DNA of 64,000 nt, taken from contig JARDVH010000042.1 of NCBI GenBank assembly GCA_030324005.1, positions 43,339,933 through 43,403,932 of the forward strand. The letters run 5' to 3'. Shown here in pieces: positions 39,647 through 52,000 of the stretch. The DNA comes from Negaprion brevirostris (taxonomy: Eukaryota). The translations under genes and the position numbers were made by a program. Positions within the stretch are counted from its first letter, which is position 1, and each line of letters opens with the position of its first letter. The notes below the pieces were generated by a model that ran no database searches, was not told where the DNA came from, and saw only the letters and a list, made by a program, of their open reading frames with translations.

Positions 39647-39945
39647 GACAGCAGGGTGGCACTGTGGTTAGCACTGCTGCCTCACAGTGCCAGGGACCTG
39701 TGTTTGATTCCCAGCTTAGGTCACTGTCTGTGCGATGTCTGTATGTTCTCCCTGCATTGATTTCCTCCGGATGATCTGGTTTCCTCCCACAGTCCAAAGA
39801 TGTGCATGTTAGGTGGGTTGACTCTACTCCTTAGTGTCAGAGGACTAGCTGGGTAAATGCATGGGATTACAGGGATAGGCCTGGGTGAGATTGTTGTCAC
39901 TGCAGACTTGATGGGCTGAATTCTGTACTGTAGGATTTTATGATC
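39647..39945 (+). mobile_element. HE1-like SINE
   Basis: cagggtggcactgtggttagcactgctgcctcacagtgccagggacc...gacttgatgggctgaattctgtactgtagg. Confidence 0.85.
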
Positions 39946-39987
39946 CGATAAATCACATGCTCAGAATGCAGATTAGAAGGTGTTAGC

Positions 39988-41718
39988 ATCAATTAATTCT
40001 ATAAATGTATGAAAACAGCTTTTTAAAAGTAATTCATGCATTATTTTCCAATATGTTAAAAAAATAGAAGTATCAAACATCCAGACCATTTGAAATATCA
40101 CTAACAGAAACACCAAGCCCTTGAAACCACTTAGCCATGTGTAAGTAAACATTGTGGAATTGAATGCAGAGATCAGACAGCCTTGTTGGACCTTGGAGCT
40201 CATCAGTATGATTGTGGTTGAATACGTAAATTAGACATCCCAAGGCATCGAGGGGGTGACGACTTTAGGCTGGTACTTGGAAAAGAGCAGGAGATTGGGA
40301 AAGAGACAGTTGTTCTGGGGCCAAATACTGCAAAGGCGGTCAGCCCTGGTAAACATTCCAGCACTGTGCTGAAGACTTGTGCTACAGAACCAGCCTTGCC
40401 CCTAGCCAAGTTGTTTCAGTACACTCAGCATTTAAATCTTATGGGCAAAGTGGAAAATTGCCCAGGTATGTTCAGTACACAGAAGGCAGGATAAATCCAA
40501 CCTGGCCAATTTCCGCCCCTTCAACCTACTGTCAATTATCAGGAAAGCGGTGGACAGAATTATCAAATGACACCTGCAGCAATGGCCTGCTCACTGACAT
40601 TCAGTTTGTGTTTCACCAGGACCACTCAGCTCCTGACTATCTTGGTCCAAACATTGATAACAAATCTAAATTCCAGAAGTGATGCGAGAGCCACTGCCCT
40701 TGAATGAGTGTGCATCAAGAAGTCCCAGGAAAACTGAAGTCAATGGGAATCAGAGAGATGAGTCTCCACTGAGTGCAATCATAGCTAGCATAAAGGAAGA
40801 TGGTCGTGGTTGTTGAAGATCAATCATCTCAGTCCCAGAATATAATTCCTTGGGGTAGTGTGCTAGGACCAACTATCTTCAGCTTGCTTCATCACTGTTC
40901 TTCTCTCCATCATAAAATCATAAGTGGGGATGTTCGCTGATGATTGTATAATGTTCAGCACCATTCACTGCTCCTCAGATACTGAAGTAGTCTAGGTCCA
41001 CGTGCGGCGAGACTTGGATAACATTCAGGCTTGGGCTGAAAAATGGCAAATAACATTCATGCCACACAAGCGGTAGGCAATGACCATCCAGCAAGAATGA
41101 AGAGATCCTGTGTCATTCCACTAATATAACTTGCTAACCTCAAAATGAGCCTTTTATCCCTAGTCTCTGCTTCCTGTTAGCTAGCCAATCCTCTACCTAG
41201 TACATTATGAGCTCTTATTTTTGAAGTAGCCTTTGATCTGGCACCTTATCAAATTCCTTTTGGAAATCCAAAAATACCATATCTATAGATTTTGCATTAT
41301 CAACGTTGCTTGGTACTTCACCTAAGAACTCTACCAACTGAGATTATTGCCTAGTTTGTGTTTCTTTTTTCAGAAAGGGTAAGTATTAATTTCTTCTTTT
41401 GGAGTCTTCATCAAATCTTCAACAAGAGTAATAGACGTCTAGACTTATATGAGGGATGTCACAGGCCCACGGTTACTCTTGTTGAAACAGCTGCATCTCA
41501 GGGAAAACATTGATTGACAACAAGGCTGTCTGATCTCTGCATTCAATTCCACAATGTTTACTTACACATGGCTAAGTGGTTTCAAGGGCTTGGTGTTTCT
41601 GTTAGTGATATTTCAAATGGTCTGGATGTTTGATACTTCTATTTTTTTAACATATTGGAAAATAATGCATGAATTACTTTTAAAAAGCTGTTTTCATACA
41701 TTTATAGAATTAATTGAT
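39988..41718. repeat. Perfect 201-bp inverted repeat (39988-40188 and 41518-41718) around a 1329-bp spacer
   Basis: atcaattaattctataaatg...gatcagacagccttgttg is present as an exact reverse complement, including homopolymer lengths. Confidence 0.92.
40200..41340. mobile_element. Old LINE fragments in the inverted-repeat spacer
   Basis: + strand IPWGSVLGPTIFS and VGMFADDCIMFS (RT motifs) to about 41090. - strand CR1 fragment (ttttggaaatccaaa) at 41130-41340. Confidence 0.7.
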
Positions 41719-42877
41719 TCTAAATAATATGTATTGGTTCAATGGGCATGCAAGTTCCGTACCTTGGCATAGGGGGCATGAGAAGCCATGGAGGGAATGG
41801 ATGGAGGGATATAGCTTGGCAATGAGGGTATAAGGGGCTATGACTTAGGGCTATGGGGTCAAAGAGGGTGGGTGAAGGGCCATGAGGTAGCATGGATGGG
41901 GCATAAGAAGTGTATGGGATTGGGAGACTATTTGGAGTGAGGGCTGGAGGCACTTTCTGTTTTTATTGTAACTAGAACAAGGCACCACGATGGGCCTTTT
42001 CATCAGCTAGCAGATCCTGTGGCTGCCTCGGACTGCCCCCTAGCAATGAAGATCCTGCCAGCCCCACAAGAACTGAAAACTATCCCCCCAAACAAGATAG
42101 CAAAGTTTCTCAAAGGGGATTGGCATCAGTCTAATCCCATGTTGTAACACTGCTAGAGCACTTGTAGGAAAGTGTACAAAAAGTATTCACTGACATTTTC
42201 CATTGATTGTTATTTAGTAGTTGCTTTTCAATTAACGAGACCGCAAACTATTTATATCCTGCAATTCAAAGTAGTTGTTACAATCATCAATAAGAAAATT
42301 TGGGAACATCAGTGAGATCTTCAAATTTTTCATCCAAGAAAATTGAATGCCCTGTTGGAGAAAAACAAAATCAAATCTGAGCCAAAGTATTTATTCATAA
42401 CAAGTACTGTACAGAAGATGCAAAACTGAAGTGCTACAGTGCCACCACTAACCAAAGAGTGTAATCACAACATGACAAGTTTACATAGCCAGTTTTCATT
42501 CTAAATCTGTGTGCAGGAGTATATAATAGAAACATTTGACAGAGGGTGGCAAAACAGGTGGCAAAAAATGTGACAATAGGAATTAAGTTTTGAAGATGGG
42601 AAATGTGTACAGATGTGAAACTTTAAACATAGGTGTTTGAAATTAGTAATTATGAGAAATGCCTGTCTGGTTTATAGTTCTGGGCTTGACTTTGGGGGTC
42701 GAATAACATATTCTAATTAATTTGTTAGTAAGAAGGGATGAAGGGGGTGATGCTGGGAAACTTAAAATAACCGTCTGGTCAGAGAGAGGGGCTTATTAAT
42801 GGCCATTCTTTGTAGGAAATAAATCTTTTGTTACATGTGCAAATTATGTTTCATGGTAAGTATGTTCAAATTTTCAG

Positions 42878-43360
42878 ATTCGGGCAACAGAACTGGAAAA
42901 CACCAAAAAATATCTGGAAAATTTGCAGTCAGCCATTCAACATGGGCAAGGAAATCCATGGCAGTGTGTAACCTTGACAGAGTATCCTAACTGCATGGAT
43001 GAACCTAAAAAGAACGACAATTCTGTGAACTTGAGCATTCAATCTTCACATAATTTAAGAGGTGCTGGGAACTTCCAGTCATCACTTACAGTTGGGAATG
43101 AGAAAGAACAACAGAAGGAAAAGAACACTTCACTCCTGGCACAACGCAAATCCAGAGTGGTTTATTTGCCCAGAAGGAAGCAGTTGCAGAGAAAGCAGTA
43201 CTGTACCCCGATACAATCACTTACGGACATGAAAGGAAGTACACAAACAGAGGAGAAAAACAAGGGAATCCTACCTGTTTTAGGGCTCACTCAACATGCC
43301 TTGCAGAAGTTGCACTTGCCAAACAACTCTTCCAACTTGTGGTCACAATGTAACACTGAG
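42878..43360 (+). CDS. Probable large coding exon of RCC1-repeat gene (disordered tail)
   Basis: Acceptor ttcaaattttcag, 161 open codons (IRATELENTKKYLENLQ...NLWSQCNTE), donor GAG|gtaact, phase 0 to 0. Longest gap-free open frame in apparently unique sequence. Confidence 0.7.
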
Positions 43361-43473
43361 GTAACTGTCGCTGAAGAGAATGAATGCAACAAACAATAAA
43401 AGTGAATTTTCTCAGGGTTTCTCCCACCTTGCAGCTGTAAATATGATGAAGGCCACATTCACACACGGAATCA

Positions 43474-44660
43474 GGGGCCGCGATTCTCCCAAAAGTGCTG
43501 AATTGGTGGGAGAACTGAGCTAAATCCCGACTGTTTTGGCAGTTCAGCTTTTCACCTGAATCTCCACACTTTGTGCATTGCAGGGGTCCCAGTCATGAAT
43601 CTCATTAGACGGGGCCTATTCACACCAGAGTCTGGCAGTTCTGAAACTCTGCGCATGCACACTGGTCCCGATCTGTCAGACTCCCCATTTGATGACCAGC
43701 CCAATCACTGGCCGGCCTGGCACCCCAGAAATGCTGCCCCTCCAAACCCCCCATACCCCCCTCCCCCCCACGGCCCGATTGCAGCCCCCAGGACAATTCC
43801 TAGAGCAGCCTTGACCTGCCCCCGCCCCCACCAGCCCCCCGGTCCCGGATCCCCGCNNNNNNNNNNNNNNNNNNNNNNNNNNNNNNNNNNNNNNNNNNNN
43901 NNNNNNNNNNNNNNNNNNNNNNNNNNNNNNNNNNNNNNNNNNNNNNNNNNNNNNNNNNNNNNNNNNNNNNNNNNNNNNNNNNNNNNNNNNNNNNNNNNNN
44001 NNNNATTGCCCTCCCTCTATCACAGACTGATACTGTCTGCAGAGTGGCAGCAGGACCCCCCACCCCAGCAATTGCCCCAAGGCCCCACCCACAGTAGGTG
44101 CCACTGCCTTGGCATTGCCCGATGCTGGTGGGCAGTGCTAAGATTCCTCGGCATGGGCACTTTGCTGCTTGGGCAGGGCCAGGGAGCACAGGCTGGCACT
44201 GCCAGGGTGCCCATGCCCAGGGAGGCACCACATCCTGCCACCCAACCCCCTGGGGGCCCCGAGTGCCACCCCCTTCATTCTGGCAGTATCTCCCACTAGT
44301 TCCCTGAACTTGGGGAGATCGTCTAACTCCGCCGAAATGAAGTACTCCTGGCGTGGTAGGAGATTCAATGAGGACATGAAATGTCCTGATAATGAACTAA
44401 TATATATATTTAAAACATATTTTTAAAAGATTTAAATTACTTACCTGCCTTCCCGCCGGTTTCCAGCATGGTCTGACCGGCGACTGTTCACTGGCTCTGG
44501 GAGATGCGCATGCATTCCTGGTGCATACACAAATTCCTGTTCAAGGCTGAAGATGTGCATCTCCCACTGCAACTTGACAGAAAGTTGAAAGAAACACAGA
44601 CAGGATTTCTGCCAGTATTAAGCAGTACAGCAAGGGAGACCCAAGATGAAATTCACCCCC
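43474..44660. mobile_element. GC-rich non-autonomous DNA transposon (Harbinger-like)
   Basis: Starts ggggccgcgattctcccaaaa (similar to 62491 ggggtggaattctcccaaaa) and ends gaaattcaccccc-taa. Proline-like C-rich interior and internal tggcactgcc repeats. Confidence 0.6.
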
Positions 44661-45367
44661 TAAATTGGGCCCTGAACAATTGTTCCTGTACACTATAGGC
44701 CCAATTCACCATAATTGGCATGGGTGCCCACACCAGTGGGAAACAAGAGCGTTTCCAGCTGGCGCTGGCAGCATCTGGAAATCCCACCTAATGGATGCAA
44801 ATCCATGCAGCCTGCAAATAATGCTAGCCAGCCTGGCTTTTGAGAGAAGTGAAAAACATTTCTCTGAGATTGAATAGAAATAAAGGCTCTCAAAGGGTTG
44901 GAAGGTATTTCAAAGACTCTGAACTTTCAAAAAGGCTCAGGAACTTCAAATAAAAGCTATGTGAACAGAATGGGATTGAGTGAACAGCTGTAGTGAAGGG
45001 ACCTCCCCCAATGAAGGTAATGGCTGGCATTTTATGACCTTGCTATGGCGAGGCTCATAAAATCCCGCCTGAGGCCAACAGAGAATTCCATTCTGTGAGT
45101 CGCAACCACACGTGGCGGTAAAATTCTGGCTAACATCTCTTTTCTATCAGAGGGCTTCACAGGTGTCTGCCTACACTAGCAGCTTCTGACAGAGAGGAAG
45201 GGAAATTCCTGGTGCAGAATGCAATGCTGCTGTGAATTAAAAGCCTTTCAGGTGTTTAGAGGGAAATGGAGATTAAACTCACAAGGCCACTTTTCACAGA
45301 TGCCAGACAGGAATGAAGTTTTTGATCCTGGAGTTACATGAAGTCTCCATGCCGGGGTGATCTATGG

Positions 45368-45556
45368 TCTCACAACACCAGATTAAAGTCCAACCAGTTT
45401 ATTTGATAGTAAACCCACAAGGTTTCAGAAACACTGTTCCTTCGTCAGGTGTGTGGAAGTTCTGATCAGAGAAGATTCTGATCAGAGACTTCAACCTGGT
45501 GTTGTGAGACTTTTTACTGTGTTTACCCCAGTCCAACATCGGCATCTCCACATCAT
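45368..45556 (+). mobile_element. Penelope-derived hairpin mini-element with antisense hammerhead
   Basis: tctcacaacaccag...ctggtgttgtgagac inverted ends and the common tail ccccagtccaacatcggcatctccacatca. Minus strand 45416-45451 reads CAC-CTGACGA-aggaacagtgtttct-GAAA-CC-TT-GTG. Flanks tgatctatggt / tgatctttggt. Confidence 0.75.
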
Positions 45557-46321
45557 GATCTTTGGTTTGCCAGGGCTAAAAAGAGCAGTCTAGCCATGGG
45601 ATCCCCATCCCAGGGCACAGTACCAAGATCAACGCCTTGCCCCCAGCCCAAGATCACCAATCCCCAGGACCCTTGGGGAACCCTCCATCTGGAGACTGGT
45701 AGCGGCAGAGGGCACATGAACACTGAACCCTCTTTGTTGTCCAACACACCAAGTCCATGTTGGTCATACTTGTCACCAAAGCCTGCCTGGTGCACTTTCC
45801 ACTGGGGAGGTGGGTGCATGGTGGGTTGCCACTGAATGGGCCACTCTGCTCACTAATTAATGCATTACGATTGGCTGGTTTGCATAATTTTCGGGGTCTC
45901 AGCTGGTCTGGGGGTAGTGGAGTGGGTTGGGTGAATCCTGATTGCCTTCATGCAAGGTCAAAATCCTGATTTTTAGCCAACAACCCATTCAGTGGGGGCT
46001 TAAGGATTCATGTGGACTGTCTGATGGGGCTGGAGAACCCCCCAACCCCTATATTTACTGAGGTTTTAAAATTGCCCAAAACTTGCGCAGCACTTCAAAG
46101 GAAACTGCATCCCCAATATCCCTGGACTGAATGCCAATATTTATAGCAAAAGCATGGCTACCACTATTCCAGAACTGACCCTATTCAGAGCATTTAATTT
46201 CCACAGGACCTGTAACAGCCTATGTCACTTTGTATTCTTCTCTGAAGGCCAGCCACTCCATCCAATTCTTGATTTTCCTAACAGCTTAAGAAATTTGGAC
46301 TGTGTCAATAGACCAATGCCA

Positions 46322-46613
46322 TGGGTGGCACAGTGGTTAGCATTGCTGCTTTACAGTGCCAGGGACCCAGTTTCGACTCCCAACTTGGATCATTGTCTGC
46401 GCAGAGTCTGCATGTTCCCCCCATGTATGCATGGGTTTCCTTCGGGTGCTCCAGTTTCCTCCCACACTCCGAAAGATGCACTGGGCATGCTAAATTCTCC
46501 CTCAGTCTACCTAAACAGGCACACGAATGTGTCTACTTAAGGATTTTCACATTAACTTAATTGCAGTGTTAATGTAAGCCTACTGGTGACACCATTAAAT
46601 AAACTTCAAACTT
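46322..46613 (+). mobile_element. HE1-headed SINE with alternative 3' tail
   Basis: Head gggtggcacagtggttagcattgctg. Tail ggattttcacattaacttaattgcagtgttaatgtaagcctactggtgacaccattaaataaactt. Confidence 0.8.
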
Positions 46614-48648
46614 TATAAGTAAATTGGAAAGTTTATCAAACTTGCAGCCAATTTCTGTGAACTTAGTTCATGCTCCTGACTTTGAATAATTTCATCTATT
46701 TTGTTTCCCATGCTTCAATTAGCACACGTGCATCTTCCATGGTCAGGAGGTCAATCTACTTTGCCAGTGCCCCTTTTAACATGTCTCTTTATCAAAGACC
46801 CTCTCATGGGGAGTCCCTTGATTATTGCAGGTAGGGTCACCTTTGTAGGATTTAAATATGAAGAGCCTGGAATTTCTTAAGTGATCCAACAATAATTTAG
46901 CTCTATAAAATCTTTAAGTTAACAAACATTGAGACTTGTCCATCTTATAAAATGTATTTCTGCCTCCTTTGTTCCTTTTCATTTTCCCCATGCTTCCCGG
47001 CTATGAGCAATAATGAGTGACAGACAAGTAGCTCTCGTTCCTCTCCCAATGCCATGAGGAATGGAAACATAGCTGAGGTGATTTTCCTTCCTCCACGTGG
47101 GGAACCATGTCTTCGCTGCTCATTGCTTATCCCTGACACCAAAAGGGAGATCAGGAACTCATCTAATGGGACTTACAAGCACAAGGGTCACATCTGCCCA
47201 TCCATGAAACCATACATTATAGAAATAAAAATCTTTTTATTTAATATGAGTTTAAAGGCAGTGCATTTCCTCAGTGCTACATCAAATCTAGCAATTCTAG
47301 TCATTTTATATATTTTCTAAAAATACTTTTTGATGTAAGGAGTGCCTCTTGATTTATAGCAAATATAATATAGGATTTTGAATAGCAAGAAGCAAGTATT
47401 TTTTAAATAAACCAAAGGTCTATATAAGTCTCTGATGAATGTGTCAAAAACTTGTCTGGATATGAGTGGGTCTTTGCAGACACAGGCAAGTTTATATTTT
47501 AGCAATTACAATTCTTATNNNNNNNNNNAGCAAATATTATTTCAATTGTTTTCTGAAACTTTGGTTCAGTTTATTTGCTTTGAAGCAAATTTTATATTGT
47601 TCTGCCCTAGAGCTATGGCTTCCAATGTGTGACACCCAAAGGTTTATAGGTATCTCTGGTACATAGGTGCAGGTACAAGACATCTCAATGCAAAGTAACC
47701 TCCTTTCTTGTCCTGATGTTTAAAGAACTAAAAATGGACAGTCCTTAAATTGCTCAAGGTAGAACATCATAAATAATTATGATACCCCTTGTGAAAGACA
47801 GGAGTGTCTAACTTTCAAATGTGAATTGACTAATGCAGCACAAAATACACCTGTTCCATAGAAATGGAAATTGCTGCATTAATATCAAATCTCAAAACGA
47901 TTACTGACAACTTTACTTCACATCTTTGCTAAATTTTAAAATATACAATTCTATCAACTCATGCTGCTCATCACAAAAAGACCTAAAGCCTGTACATCAG
48001 TGAGACACTGAAATTCTTAAAGGATGTGAAATATTCCAGCTTTAATTTGCAACACAAAAAAACCACATTTGCAGTCAATGGGTGAACAATCTAGCTCTAT
48101 GTGAGGAGTGAATTAAAGCCAAAAATTTAATGTCTGACCCTGGTGTAGTGATTTATGATATCAGCTAAATTGGCTCAATTAGATCATAGCTGAGATCAAA
48201 ACTATGGCTGAAACCATAGGATATGAAGACCAACGAAAGAAAATCCTGAAAACCTTGTAATAAAATGAAAAATAACTACTTCAGTCGCCGTAAACCAAAG
48301 GCCCTAATTATAAATGAACAGATTCACAGGATATAATCCTCAACCCATTAATTAAAAAAATCCCAAAATCCCATGTGATTAAAAACTTATTCAGTCGCTG
48401 TAAGGCAATGGTCTTGATTATATCATTGCTGCTCACTGCATGGTGTCCATTACTCTGTAGTGGTAGTTTTACAAGTGTGTGTTGCCAGCAGGAAGTCTTG
48501 CCTGCCAGCAACACATACTGGAAATTCATGACCGGTTTTCTGTTAACAGCAATGCAAACAAGTGTTTTTGTTTAGGTAACATGTTGTTATTTAAAACAAA
48601 ATAGTACACTGATACACTGACACATTTGTATTTTGTTTTGTATTCTAG

Positions 48649-49008
48649 AGATATGGTAAAGAAATACATTGTCCCAAAAGTGCTTCAGATGGATCCCTGC
48701 CCATCTTTTCTAGTAGTTCACTTCACTCAAGAACTGGTGGAGATTTCCTATATACAAGAAACAAATCTGGAGTGCAATCCATAAGCGTGCATAAAGGAAG
48801 GCCCAGGACGACCCCTCACCTCTCACCTTTGACCTGTGACACTGGCACTCAATTCATTTTGGACTTGAAATCAACAGAAAAGATAGCTAGCCGCCCTGTG
48901 TGCAAACAACCCATTTATTCTTCAGGAACAGCTTGGAAAGATGTATCCAAGTCGCCTGACCCTGTGTTGTCACAGAAGCATCTGAACCTTAACTCATCCT
49001 GCAGTTAA
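48649..49008 (+). CDS. Probable terminal coding exon of RCC1-repeat gene
   Basis: Strong acceptor ttttgttttgtattctag, phase 0. 119 codons RYGKEIHCPK...AWKDVSKSPDPVLSQKHLNLNSSCS then TAA. ATTAAA follows at 49065-49070. Confidence 0.65.
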   Translation, partial: RYGKEIHCPKSASDGSLPIFSSSSLHSRTGGDFLYTRNKSGVQSISVHKGRPRTTPHLSPLTCDTGTQFILDLKSTEKIASRPVCKQPIYSSGTAWKDVSKSPDPVLSQKHLNLNSSCS

Positions 49009-52000
49009 ACTCTGGACCAGCACATGTATAACCTTTGACTTTGTAAATGCTGGATTTTAACCTTATTAAAATACGTTGCCTCTTTCATCTTTTATAAGCT
49101 TCGGAGTCAAGATCTCAATTAAATTTAAAAAATAGACATTTTTGTCTTGTGTAAATTTAAAGTTTTTGATTTCAGTCACCCTCTAATGATTTAGAAAATG
49201 CTGGCGACCACAAATTTATGAAGCAATTACTTTTAATTATTGACAGTGGCAGGCTTTCTCAAATAAGTTTTCATTTTGCAATGTTAATGGAAACAAAAAA
49301 TATATACTTTCTTTGAGCATTTAGCATTGTCTCTTTTGAACTAGATTACTCTTAGTTAATTAGAGCTGTACACAGATATCCCAATAATTGGGGTAACACA
49401 GGCATGATTGGTAAACAACATGTTTATAAATCCAAAATAACATCCCCAATCGCATTTTGGAACCTCCAACGTAAAGGGGGGCTGGCTTCAAGGATAGAAT
49501 TTTAATGGAGCTTCAGCAATGCAGTTTGGAGTCGACTTTTATTTGCAGAAAGCTTTTACCTGGTGCTTTGTGGTGCCTGCAGTACAGTGAGGTTGAAGTA
49601 ATTGATCTGTGGACCTCCGCAGACAAGGAACTGCGGCAGTGTTGATAACAATGAAGATTCCTGAAATTCTACAGAGTCACGGGGATAAAGTGAAATTCTT
49701 CTTTTCTTGTTAACTTCTCAATGCATAACCAAAGTAAAATACACCACAAGCTTGGATGAGGATTAATGCACGTTGCATTTTATATGTAGCAAATTCCTGC
49801 ATTTTGTGGTGCTTATCAGTAGACGGCACATTGCATCCAGGTTAAAAAAAAACGATCATTTTGAGCTAGACAATTAAATCTTATGCAAAAGCCAGGTGTG
49901 CCATGACTGAGATGATTAAACGTGTGTGTCTTGTTAACAAAAACTCGGTGTGTTAATCTAGCATTGCCCATCATGAATGGTTTAACGATGACTATTGTAG
50001 GAAGTTCACACTGAGACAATCTAAAACAAAAATGAGTAAAGAAGAGAAGTAACTAAATATGGAGACATTCTGTACCTAAGTTTTCTTCTTTGGCAAATAA
50101 ATAATTATTTGTAATTGAAATGAATTGTATGCTTAAAAATGTATATTGCAAACAAACCAAGACCTTAATTTATAATTTGTTCTGCTATAGGCATTCAACT
50201 GTTGTGAGGAATTGCAACATGGTCTGATAATTGTGAGGTGAAACAAACCTGTTCTGGAATTCACTTTGCAGATGTCCAGTGAGTCAATCAAGTGATCTGT
50301 AATCACAAACTCTTGACAGAAAATGAGTGAATAATGGACTCTGATAAAATGGTGGGATTTTCTGGTGTGCTTGTTCCATGTGGTGAATGCCATCTGTAAT
50401 TGTCATGTCCTGTTGACTTTGTTCTTTATTTGAGTAGGGAAATTAAGCAAAATACTGTTACTCTCAACCAGGAAACCTACACACAAGGATTAGAAACGTT
50501 GGAAAGAGGTTTGAGTTAAGCAGATAGGACTTACTAAACAGTTGGGGAAGTCCTTGAACCAATATCAAGGGATATCTTCAGCATATGGATAGTAAGCTGG
50601 CAGAGCAGATTGCCTACCCATTGCAGAATTCATCTTACTTTCAGGTGGGCACCCCAACAGACAAGTGATCCGCTGTCCAAGCAGGACAAATAAAATCTTA
50701 CTCCAAGTATTTTAATGCTACAACTATTATAACTAACCCTTCAATTAAAAGTGTAAGTCGTGTGTACAATAGTCCAGCACCTCAAACAGTTCAAATTTCA
50801 GCATTAAGTGAAGCTTGCCTATCTAAATCACAAAGTTATTTATCACTAGTATTTGCTGAGCTGCATTGATTGAGTTTCACCAGCTTGGAACTGCTCAGAT
50901 GGGGTGTGGTTCAGAAATACGTTTACCCCACTGGGGTGTAGGGGTAGCGGGGAGTGGCAGAGGCACCTTGACATGATTACTGAGATGCGCTCATTGTGTA
51001 CCTTCATCACTTATTTGGCAGATGACCAAGATTTTATACAAGATGCATCTTACTGCTGGGCAGTTGATTAAATATACATCATTACACTTTTGTTGCATGT
51101 TAGTTCTTTACGTATGCCCTTACGTTAACTCTATTCCTGTGTTGTTAAAAAAAAGTTATCAAATGTCATGTGAACAACAGTGCACATATTATGCTAACAT
51201 ACTTATTGATTTGCGTATAAGACTAATTCACAACACATAAATGCTTTTTGATGTCAACTGGTTATTATTCTGTACCTATTCAGCAAGACCCACTAGAAAG
51301 AAAGAACTTATATTTACATAATGCCTTCTGTAGTCTCAGTACCCTATGTTCCTGAAAATGTTGGGTCAATTTTCTTGCTGCAGAAATTAGTGAAGAATGA
51401 ATTTAATTAATTTAACTTTCACAAACATCAGAAGTATGTATTATTTAACAACCATACACAAAATGATGGCATCTTGATTTTCCTTCACTTATAACTGCAA
51501 TATGCTCTCAGATCTCTTACTTGATGCTCCAGAAGTCCAAGAACCCTATTACAATATGGCATTATATGGCATTATATTATGTTAGCCCACAGCCAGAATG
51601 ATCGTAGCTAAAAAATAATGAAAAGCCAAGATAAAAATACAACTTGAGTATTGAAATCTTACCTGTAACATGTAACAATCATGCTTAGTTTGAAAGATAG
51701 CAATCTTTCTCATTCTCACTTTTTATTGCTTTTATGCCTGTGTTACTTTACTCTCTTCATTTGCTTAGGCCCTCCTAACTGCCCACCCTTCCCCCTCCAC
51801 CCCCACCTCGGAGAGTGATTAATGTCTTGGTGTCTGATAGTAGTAAGTCTGAGCTGGCTGCCAGGGAGAAAGCAAGAATAGCTTAGGGTGATTTGTCCTC
51901 TGATTTTCTTTTTACATTCCATTTGGGGAAACAACTCATCAAATATCCAGTATCTTCCTTTTACAGCAAACCTGAGATCAGGATCTCTGTGTATGAGGAA

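Noticed and set aside
47024-47320. ORF 47054-47320 as an extra exon of the RCC1 gene
   Set aside because: No polypyrimidine tract next to the candidate AG, weak donors, and it is not needed for frame continuity.
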